Source of the DNA: a virus | Reading direction: 5' to 3' (one strand) | IMG/VR virus record: IMGVR_UViG_3300037524_002016 | Coordinates: 18,530-82,529 of that record | Length of the DNA: 64,000 bases | The notes under the pieces: model-generated | Told to the model about the DNA's origin: nothing | Seen by the model: the letters and a program-made list of their open reading frames with translations, nothing else | Database searches by the model: none | Translations under genes and position numbers: made by a program | In this document: one piece after another, positions 56,672 to 63,547 of the stretch | Position numbering within the stretch: the first letter of the stretch is position 1 | Layout of the letters: each line of letters begins with the position of its first letter

Positions 56672-56699
56672 CCCTGGCAACAGGGACGCTCTTTAACAA
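56672..56699 (+). promoter_or_regulatory. boxB-boxA antitermination (nut/rrn-like) site
   Basis: CCCTG-GCAA-CAGGG hairpin with GNRA loop, then one base and CGCTCTTTAACAA (boxA consensus). Confidence 0.75.
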
Positions 56700-57005
56700 C
56701 GGAACAGGGCTCTTTCCCACTTGGGAAGGGGCATCAAGCGGACAATCCCGCGCGGATTGACGTTAAACCCGCCATCGGGTGAGTTTCGACTGCTATTTCA
56801 GGGTCGAAACAAGTTGCGATGGATCTGTAACACCAGTGTTACAGTCTACTTAACCGTAGGAACGGACAATTTAGCGTCAGTTTCGTGGTGCAATGTCAGG
56901 GCTTTAGGTAATCAACCCGCACATCCGCTCGAACCTGTTTCAACTTGCAACGAAGGGACCGCAAACCAGACGGTTTGCGGCAAAGACTCACATGAGGATA
57001 CGAAA

Positions 57006-57605
57006 ATGACCAATCAGACCAACGAAAAATACGCCGACCTTATTTCCCGTATCACCAATTACGGCAAGGAAAGCAAAAGCCACGCAACGATCGGTCACGG
57101 CTTGGCCGTGGAAGCCCTCCGAGCCAGCGTGGACGGGCACTGCGCCCCATTGAATGCGTTCATGGCAGTGCTCCGGGGCGGCCAGAGGAGCGACTTCGTC
57201 CAGTGGGTGAAAACCCACGGGAAACCCAGCTTCGACGGCAAAACCGGGAAGTTCTTCTTGCCGAAAGGCAGTAAGAAAGAATGGCGTCTTGATGAAGCGG
57301 AGAAAACCCCCTTCTGGATTCCTCCGACCAAGGAACCTAAAGCCCCGGCCCAGAAAACCGAGGCGGGCGCCAGACTGAAGAAGTACCTGGAAGGAATCAG
57401 CGCCGAATGCGTCGGCGACCCGGCCGCGAAAGCGGCAGTCGAGATGGCCCTTGCGGCTTTGGCTGGCAAGTCCGCTTACCAGCAAAAAGACCAGAGAATC
57501 AAAGACCTTGAGGCTGAGAATTCAGCCCTCAAAGCACAATTGGCGGCCCTGGAGAAGGGCACCATCCTGACAAAGAACGCCCCGGCCTTGGAAAAGGCCG
57601 CCTAA
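57006..57605 (+). CDS. Early phage protein of unknown function
   Basis: GAGGA RBS; H..A...L.....G....L......R...VQW..THG...F...K...AEKTPFW pattern resembles, from memory, early genes of other lytic phages; C-terminal coiled coil. Confidence 0.75.
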   Translation: MTNQTNEKYADLISRITNYGKESKSHATIGHGLAVEALRASVDGHCAPLNAFMAVLRGGQRSDFVQWVKTHGKPSFDGKTGKFFLPKGSKKEWRLDEAEKTPFWIPPTKEPKAPAQKTEAGARLKKYLEGISAECVGDPAAKAAVEMALAALAGKSAYQQKDQRIKDLEAENSALKAQLAALEKGTILTKNAPALEKAA

Positions 57606-57628
57606 CCCTCCCCCGTCCCATACCAACA

Positions 57629-57656
57629 CCCTGCCGGAGCAATCCGGCGGGGTTTT
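57629..57656 (+). terminator. Terminator-like hairpin
   Basis: CCCTGCCGGA-GCAA-TCCGGCGGGG plus TTTT. Confidence 0.65.
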
Positions 57657-57961
57657 GGTGCTTCCCTTTTCCCTTCGCCAGCAAGCCGTCCGGTTTGCGG
57701 TCCCTTCGTTGCACTGTCAGCTCCAAACCCTGAGATGCTGCACTAACCCCTTCCCATGGCCATGGATGGCCCCAATCCGTTTCCTCGATTAAACCAGAGA
57801 CAAGCGGGAAGGGCGGATGAGCATTGAGACAGGTTAACTCTCACTGACAGACCTCACGGGTTCGGATTAGGGCCAAAACCGCGCGCTGATCGACGTTCAG
57901 CACCCTAATCCGGCCCTTTATTAAGTCCATGTTTCGTGGGCTTAACAAAGGGAGTTCCAAA

Positions 57962-58186
57962 ATGCAACTTGCACTCCTAGCGCTACTAGGTACCAGCTCA
58001 TTAGCGCTGATCATCCTGAGCGCCATCCAAGCCTGGCGCAATCGAGAGGGCCAGGAATGGCTGACGTTCCTGGCCTTTATTTTGCTCATCGCAGCCATTC
58101 TGTGGCCCATGTTCACTTGGGAGATGCCCAATGGACACCCTCATCATCGCCTTTTGCGGGAACCTCCCGCTCTACATCGGCCCTAG
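57962..58186 (+). CDS. Small two-TM membrane protein
   Basis: GGGAG RBS; two hydrophobic helices. Confidence 0.6.
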   Translation: MQLALLALLGTSSLALIILSAIQAWRNREGQEWLTFLAFILLIAAILWPMFTWEMPNGHPHHRLLREPPALHRP

Positions 58187-58301
58187 TGCCGACTGTCCGG
58201 CCCATCTGGACACGATCCCCTGGCAGACCTTCTGCCAGGATTGCCCCGTCATGTCGGCCCTCCTGCGGGGCCTGGCGGACGGGGTGGCCCACTACCTCTG
58301 A
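58131..58301 (+). CDS. Small early protein (paralog of 56203-56400), not in the ORF track
   Basis: Own translation: MDTLIIAFCGNLPLYIGPSADCPAHLDTIPWQTFCQDCPVMSALLRGLADGVAHYL*; GGGAG RBS. Confidence 0.75.
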   Translation: MDTLIIAFCGNLPLYIGPSADCPAHLDTIPWQTFCQDCPVMSALLRGLADGVAHYL

Positions 58302-58328
58302 CAAGCTTGTCAGGGGTGTTCTGAACCG

Positions 58329-58359
58329 GGCTCCGAGATAGAATCGGGGCCTTTCTTTT
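58329..58359 (+). terminator. Terminator-like hairpin directly before the next RBS
   Basis: GGCTCCGA-N7-TCGGGGCC plus TTTCTTTT. Confidence 0.6.
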
Positions 58360-58371
58360 GCTCACAGGAGA

Positions 58372-58995
58372 ATGACCATGTTCTATGAAATCAATCAAGT
58401 GAATGCCGCCGCCCGCGAAGCGGGTTACTCCCTGATGACCGCACAAGCCGCCCTCCGCGTGCTCCGGCACGTGGAAACCGGAGGGTTCCTCGGTGCCAAC
58501 GCAGACCAGTACGCCATGGGCGTGCTGGCCCAAGATGGAACGATCCTGAAATCAGGATACGAGTGCTTCGATGAAGGCGTCCGGAAGGATGCCTACGCTT
58601 TGGCGGCCGAAGTCTGGCCCGACATCTGGGCCGTGGCGGAAGAAAACTTCCGCCAAGCGGCGGAAGAAGAGGGCGGGGAAATCGAAAACGGGGAAATCCT
58701 GTCCCCGGAACAAATGCTGGTCGCCTGCGGGCGGCTGGCCTCTTACGGCGGGGGGTATATGTACCCCGGTGCCGAGGTCGCGATATTCAATCCTGATGGC
58801 ACCGCGGTGCCGTTTCCGGTGCCGAGGCATTGCGTAAAGGCGTACGACCGCAAGTCGTACGGCGAAGAACAGGCCGAGGCCCTGGAAAGAGCCCCGATCG
58901 GGGCTGTGCTCAGGATCGTTGAAAAGTTCGACCGGAACACCGAAACCGACTGGACGAAGGTCCAGGATGGCTGGCAACTGACCTACCAGAAGTAG
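58372..58995 (+). CDS. Hypothetical acidic protein
   Basis: AGGAG RBS; phage-like codon use. Confidence 0.75.
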   Translation: MTMFYEINQVNAAAREAGYSLMTAQAALRVLRHVETGGFLGANADQYAMGVLAQDGTILKSGYECFDEGVRKDAYALAAEVWPDIWAVAEENFRQAAEEEGGEIENGEILSPEQMLVACGRLASYGGGYMYPGAEVAIFNPDGTAVPFPVPRHCVKAYDRKSYGEEQAEALERAPIGAVLRIVEKFDRNTETDWTKVQDGWQLTYQK

Positions 58996-59046
58996 GTCAG
59001 ACCCTAGTAACGCCCCACGACCAGGGCGTTACTTTCTCTTCACTAG

Positions 59047-59072
59047 AGGCCCCGCTCCGGGGCCTTTTTCTT
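59047..59072 (+). terminator. Rho-independent terminator
   Basis: AGGCCCCG-CTC-CGGGGCCT plus TTTTCTT. Confidence 0.7.
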
Positions 59073-59095
59073 GTCCACTCACACGGTGAAACCAA

Positions 59096-59265
59096 TGACC
59101 ACTCTCACAGAAGCCATTCTCCGCTTGATCGAAGAACTCAACTCCGATGACGAAGACGTCTTCGGACCAGAATTCGAGCCCGAGTCCAATCCGTACCGGG
59201 CCCAGGCCCTGGAAATCATCCGATTCGAGGGCCTGGACCACTACGCCGACCTGACGCCGGTGTAG
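59096..59265 (+). CDS. Small acidic hypothetical protein
   Basis: MTTLTEAILRLIEELNSDDEDVF...; start approximate. Confidence 0.55.
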
Positions 59266-59269
59266 TGCC

Positions 59270-59503
59270 ATGGACCTCACCAGAACCCCCAACGAAGTCC
59301 TGGACGCCGTTCTGGCGGCGGCCAGGCAGTCCCATTGTCAGCCCTCTGGCCTCTCGCGAGAGGCCAGAGAAATCCTTAAGGGGTTTCTTGCGCTGTCCGC
59401 GGAGGTGCGGGAGACCCTCATTCTCGACGTTTTCCGGGAGAAGCAAGCCCGGAAAGCCCGGGCCCGGTTATTCCACGAGTCTCTAAGTCCGGTTTGGCGG
59501 TAA
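59270..59503 (+). CDS. Hypothetical protein
   Basis: Follows the previous ORF by 4 nt. Confidence 0.5.
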   Translation: MDLTRTPNEVLDAVLAAARQSHCQPSGLSREAREILKGFLALSAEVRETLILDVFREKQARKARARLFHESLSPVWR

Positions 59504-59598
59504 AACCGCCAGCCAAAACGAAAAACGGCCGGGTTGACCGGCCGTTCCTTTATGCTTCGCTGCGGCGAAGCATAACCTTTTGTCAAGGAGAATGCAAT

Positions 59599-59946
59599 AT
59601 GGCTGCGATCCTGCAGATTGATAGCGGAGAACACTTGGCCCAGCGTCTCACCACGCTTCGCGAGGCGAAGCGTGCGATCGAGAAGGAACTAGACCAGGTC
59701 GAGGCCCAGATTCTGGCCCTCTACCCGGCCCTTGCGGTGCCCAATTCAGGTCCGCAAGGGCCATTCAAGGCCGAATTTCGGCGGCGATTGGTGCTCGACC
59801 CGGCCAAAGCGTGGCCGTTTGTGATCAAGCGGCCGGCCTTGAGACCGTTATTCGACCTCAAACTCCCAATCGGGGATTGGGAGAGGCTCGGGGAGCCCAA
59901 CATCGGCCGCGTTGAGACGGGTTCTCCCGGCCTCAAGGTTCGCTAG
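59599..59946 (+). CDS. Hypothetical protein with N-terminal coiled coil
   Basis: AAGGAG RBS; LREAKRAIEKELDQVEAQI. Confidence 0.65.
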   Translation: MAAILQIDSGEHLAQRLTTLREAKRAIEKELDQVEAQILALYPALAVPNSGPQGPFKAEFRRRLVLDPAKAWPFVIKRPALRPLFDLKLPIGDWERLGEPNIGRVETGSPGLKVR

Positions 59947-60474
59947 CGCCTCCGCAAGGGTTCGCGGGCGGCCCTTGTAATAGTCCCTGCGGGTGGGGTC
60001 TAGGAAGGTTTCGGGGTCCTCCCGGAACCTTCTGACCCAGCTGTTCACGGTGGCAACGCGGATATTCATGTCCCGACTGACCTGGTTTTGAGTGTGCCCC
60101 TCCTCGAAAATCCTTCGGATCACCTCTTTTTTCGCGATCACCCGCGACTGGCCCCACAGTCGCGGGGCCGGTTCGCTCAGGGTTCGCCTGGGCGGGCGGA
60201 CCCCTTCGCGGCGTCCCGGTCGCGGGAGGGCGGCCAAAGCATCGTATCCGCCCTCCTTATAGGTCGTCCACCACCGGTGGATGCTCGCGGAGGCGACACC
60301 TACCAGCTCTTTGATCTGCTCGTAGGTCCAGTGGGCGTTCAATAAGTCTACAGTTACGAACCTTCTAATGTAGAAGACGTCGTCCCGGTACTTTTCTGGC
60401 CAATTTTTTGAATTTTGTGCGATTATCATTCCACAATTGGTTAGAAACTGTTTTGGCGACAATCTTGGTGTCAT
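59848..60474 (-). CDS. Tandem helix-turn-helix DNA-binding protein
   Basis: WTYEQIKELVGVASASIHRWW..YKEGGYDALAALPRPGR and GHTQNQVSRDMNIRVATVNSWVRRFRE. Confidence 0.75.
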   Translation of the reverse strand: MTPRLSPKQFLTNCGMIIAQNSKNWPEKYRDDVFYIRRFVTVDLLNAHWTYEQIKELVGVASASIHRWWTTYKEGGYDALAALPRPGRREGVRPPRRTLSEPAPRLWGQSRVIAKKEVIRRIFEEGHTQNQVSRDMNIRVATVNSWVRRFREDPETFLDPTRRDYYKGRPRTLAEALANLEAGRTRLNAADVGLPEPLPIPDWEFEVE

Positions 60475-60938
60475 GACTGTTTCTCCGGAGTAAATTAGAG
60501 GCCCTTTTTAGCCTTGCGGGGGCCTTGCCTCTTTGGTTGTGACTTGACCGTCTTACAGTGAGTGACGAAACGTCCATTCTTCAAAAATAGATAGAACTCT
60601 CATCCAACTTCACTAGAGTGTATGACTGCGGCTGTGGAAAAAAGTTCTGAAGGCACTGAAAATAGTGAGATGTAGAATAAAACGTAATAAATTATACAAG
60701 TAATTATCAAAGTACAAATGTATAGGTATAGAGCCTTAGATCGAAAACACAAAGTTTTTTTGCAACCAAAAAACATTATGAAAGTGCCATTTTAGGGGGC
60801 CATATACCCACATTTTGGAAATCGAATTACCGTGAAAATAAAAGTGAAGAATTCTGAGTGCCGCTAAATTCAAGGCTTCCAGAAGTTTTAGTAATAGCAT
60901 TACGCATCCAGATTCTTATAATTTGTTAGTTACCCCAC

Positions 60939-61187
60939 ATGAAACCATTACGGAGTGGTAAAGGAATGGCCAAGACAAGTGTCAAATTCTGTGAAATCTG
61001 TGGCGCCCTCTATGTCAAGCGGTGCGGAAATTGCGTGTCAACCCCGCCTGATTTGGGAGACTTTGTGTCTCTCGATGTACTTGCTTGTGCGGTGAAAACC
61101 GCGTCACTTTCTGAGAATGAACGCAAGTTTGTCATTGAGACTCTTGACAAATGGCTTAGGAGGCGTTCCTGGCCGACAAACTCGTAA
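60939..61187 (+). CDS. Small putative Zn-ribbon protein
   Basis: CEIC...CGNC; lies in the AT-rich island; ATG at 60966 with AAGGA RBS is an alternative start. Confidence 0.5.
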   Translation: MKPLRSGKGMAKTSVKFCEICGALYVKRCGNCVSTPPDLGDFVSLDVLACAVKTASLSENERKFVIETLDKWLRRRSWPTNS

Positions 61188-61297
61188 ATCCCATAAAATA
61201 AATTAAGTTATTTTTTGGTCAGATAGTAATAAAAATTGAAACAGTAGTTTGCGTTATAGTCGTTTTGATGCACATTTCGCGGGGTGGTTTCAAGACC

Positions 61298-61363
61298 ATT
61301 CTGTGGATAACTCAAAAATAGTTGCTAGCGAAAGTGTATCTTTTGCTTAGTTATCCACAGAAT
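61298..61363. promoter_or_regulatory. Inverted pair of consensus DnaA boxes in an AT-rich region
   Basis: TGTGGATAA (61302-61310) and TTATCCACA (61351-61359) inside a perfect 15-bp inverted repeat. Confidence 0.65.
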
Positions 61364-61586
61364 TAAACCTTCTAAAACATTCCAAAATATGTGCGAGGCC
61401 AAGCGTCGGAGGTGGTCAAAAAATGACCATTCCAGAACCCGGAGAACATAAAGCGTTATATAACGTTTTATTCGTCGCGCAAAGTTTCTAAAAAACAAGT
61501 GGCTAACACGCAACAAACCCACTTTCTGCGAAATTTTCTTAAATCGCAGATCAGTTACACTGCCGAAGACAGGGGAGTTAAAAAAG

Positions 61587-61790
61587 ATGAACAGTTTTGC
61601 AGTCAGACCCAGCTCAGGGCCCCGGCCCTGGCTCCTCATCCAATTCGAGGGCGACTACCCTTATCCATACCGCGAGTTCTCCTCAAAGGCAGAAGCCGAG
61701 GCCGCGGCTGAAGAACTTAACAATTGGATGTCTTATGAATACGCTCCTACAGACCTACAACACCACCCGCCGACAATTGTCCGGCGCTGA
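61587..61790 (+). CDS. Hypothetical protein
   Basis: GGGGAG RBS; F.SKAEAEAAAEELN. Confidence 0.6.
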   Translation: MNSFAVRPSSGPRPWLLIQFEGDYPYPYREFSSKAEAEAAAEELNNWMSYEYAPTDLQHHPPTIVRR

Positions 61791-61955
61791 GGCCCCGGAT
61801 GCCTTGTTAGCTGGGACCCTGAATGTAAAAGCGCACATGGTTTTCTCCGCCCCCTTGTGGAGTGCCTCCTACCGTCTTGTAAGCGTTCCCGTTCACGTGG
61901 CCCTTCACCAAACCACAAAGGCCCTGGAAGGCCCAGGTCCCGACAGAGGAACCCC

Positions 61956-62162
61956 ATGACCACCCGCAAACCCGCCGATCTCACTTACAACAGGCACTGG
62001 GACGTCGTCATGGTCATAACATCCATCGACACCGTAGGCTCAGAGACCTACGATGACATTCGCGACCAAGTGGCAGACCTCATGTTCGTCGTCACGGGTC
62101 CCACCGCGGATCTGGAGCCTCATAGAGCCTTGAAGACCGCCACCGCACAGGAATCCCCATGA
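61956..62162 (+). CDS. Hypothetical protein
   Basis: GAGGA RBS; ATGA overlap with the next gene. Confidence 0.55.
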   Translation: MTTRKPADLTYNRHWDVVMVITSIDTVGSETYDDIRDQVADLMFVVTGPTADLEPHRALKTATAQESP

Positions 62163-62392
62163 ACACGACAGACAGGCTATACGCACCCCGCGAGCGGCTG
62201 ACGGATCAATGCCTCCTCTCGATGTCAATGGACGGAACCTACATAGACCTGAGGGCCCTGACCCTATTCAGGGCCCTGAACCTCGCCCAGGCCGGGTTCC
62301 ACGTCGTGTCAATGGCCCTCGACGAGGCCACTACTACCCCCGCACAGGAGTCCCTCTATCGTGCAACCCAAAGGAATTCACAGGAGCCCTGA
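62159..62392 (+). CDS. Hypothetical protein
   Basis: Coupled on both sides. Confidence 0.5.
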   Translation: MNTTDRLYAPRERLTDQCLLSMSMDGTYIDLRALTLFRALNLAQAGFHVVSMALDEATTTPAQESLYRATQRNSQEP

Positions 62393-62745
62393 TGTACACT
62401 TACTCCGCAATTATCGACCACGTGGTCGACGGCGACACCCTCGACCTCACCGTGGACCTGGGGTTTAAGCTTTCCGCCCGAATGCGGGTCCGGCTCGCAG
62501 GGGTAGATACCCCCGAGAAGGGCCAACCTCTCTATCAGTCTGCGAAACAGTTCGTGCTTGACCTCTGCGGAGCAGAGACAACGTCTGACCTGCCGCAGGC
62601 AGGCCAGACGGTCACCCTTCGCACTGAGAAGGTCTCGAAGTGGGGCTACTACCTGGCCCACATCACCTTGCCAGACGGAACCGATCTCTCCTCCCGTCTC
62701 ATCGAGGCCGGCTTGGGCCGGCCCTACAATGGAGGTCCGAAATGA
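62392..62745 (+). CDS. Thermonuclease (SNase) family protein
   Basis: VVDGDTLD..VDLGF...RVRLAGVDTPE...KWGYYLA...L...LIEAGL. Confidence 0.9.
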   Translation: MYTYSAIIDHVVDGDTLDLTVDLGFKLSARMRVRLAGVDTPEKGQPLYQSAKQFVLDLCGAETTSDLPQAGQTVTLRTEKVSKWGYYLAHITLPDGTDLSSRLIEAGLGRPYNGGPK

Positions 62746-62978
62746 AATTTTCAGAACTAGCCCCAGGCTCCTTTTTCCTAAGGCGCGATGCCTTCGGGGA
62801 ACTGGACCTCTGCCTCAAAATCCGCCCGCCGAGCCCCAGCTGGAACACCGTGTACCTGTTGGGGATTTACGCCGGGACCTGCTGCTTTACGGCCGATGAG
62901 GCCGAAGTGCAGCCTCAGTCTGAGCTTCAGCCTCAGTCTGAGCTTCAGCCTCAGCTTCAGCCTGTCGAAGACAAGTAG
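62742..62978 (+). CDS. Hypothetical protein with QPQSEL repeat
   Basis: MKFSELAPGSFF start, GGAGG RBS; 18-bp tandem repeat at the 3' end. Confidence 0.65.
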   Translation: MKFSELAPGSFFLRRDAFGELDLCLKIRPPSPSWNTVYLLGIYAGTCCFTADEAEVQPQSELQPQSELQPQLQPVEDK

Positions 62979-63049
62979 CCTCGCATAAGGTTGGCTCACC
63001 GGCGGTGAGCCAACTGTCTGACCTGCCTGTGGCAGGCCAGACGCTTTTA

Positions 63050-63079
63050 TTGCCCACGTCCGACTAACGTAGGTACAAT
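63050..63079 (+). promoter_or_regulatory. sigma70-like promoter following two hairpins
   Basis: TTGCCC-18 nt-TACAAT. Confidence 0.5.
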
Positions 63080-63098
63080 AGCCTCTGTCCCAACTCAC

Positions 63099-63398
63099 AT
63101 GAGACACACAACCATGAACCATAACCCTGCCCCCCACAAGGGCCATGACCCCCACAAGGGCCATGACCCCTATGAGAATCACCGGTTCGACCGGGTGATC
63201 CACACCTTGGTCAGCCGGGCCAAGGACAAAAATCTTCCCGGAGAGATCATCGACCGCACCGCGAAGGCCGCAAAGAAGGCCGCGGCTCGGGGCTACCCCA
63301 CCACCCGCCTGATGGACGAGTTCGTCCGGCCCCTGAAGAACCGGCATCGGCCGTACAAGCGGCCGGCCCCGAACAAGTGTCTGGTCGACCCATCATGA
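63099..63398 (+). CDS. Basic hypothetical protein
   Basis: PHKGHD x2 repeat; ATGA overlap with the next ORF. Confidence 0.55.
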   Translation: MRHTTMNHNPAPHKGHDPHKGHDPYENHRFDRVIHTLVSRAKDKNLPGEIIDRTAKAAKKAAARGYPTTRLMDEFVRPLKNRHRPYKRPAPNKCLVDPS

Positions 63399-63547
63399 TC
63401 ACCGCCAAGCGCGTGGTCCGGAAGGCGACCCGGAAGGCGACCCGGAAGGTGGTCCGGAAGGCGACCGCGTTTGCTACCTGGGATGCGACCCAATCTGCCG
63501 TTCAAACTGCAGTCCTGAACACCCAACACGGAAGGCAACCGCCATGA
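63395..63547 (+). CDS. 50-aa basic peptide with RKAT/RKVV tetrapeptide repeats, not in the ORF track
   Basis: Own translation: MITAKRVVRKATRKATRKVVRKATAFATWDATQSAVQTAVLNTQHGRQPP*; ATGA overlaps at both ends. Confidence 0.55.
   Translation: MITAKRVVRKATRKATRKVVRKATAFATWDATQSAVQTAVLNTQHGRQPP

Larger units (their letters stand above)
56946..57713. repeat. ~41-bp imperfect inverted repeat (56946-56985 and 57673-57713) bracketing an ORF
   Basis: tgcaacgaagggaccgcaaaccagacggtttgcggcaaag versus cttcgccagcaagccgtccggtttgcggtcccttcgttgca: 3 substitutions and 1 indel. Confidence 0.9.

Noticed and set aside
56721-57005. 95-aa N-terminal extension of the early ORF given by the ORF track
   Set aside because: TTG start without RBS, running through the hairpin leader; the ATG at 57006 has a GAGGA RBS
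56946-57713. Insertion sequence or invertible segment bounded by the 41-bp inverted repeat
   Set aside because: No transposase or recombinase, no target-site duplication seen, and the extra flank pairings fit RNA structure better
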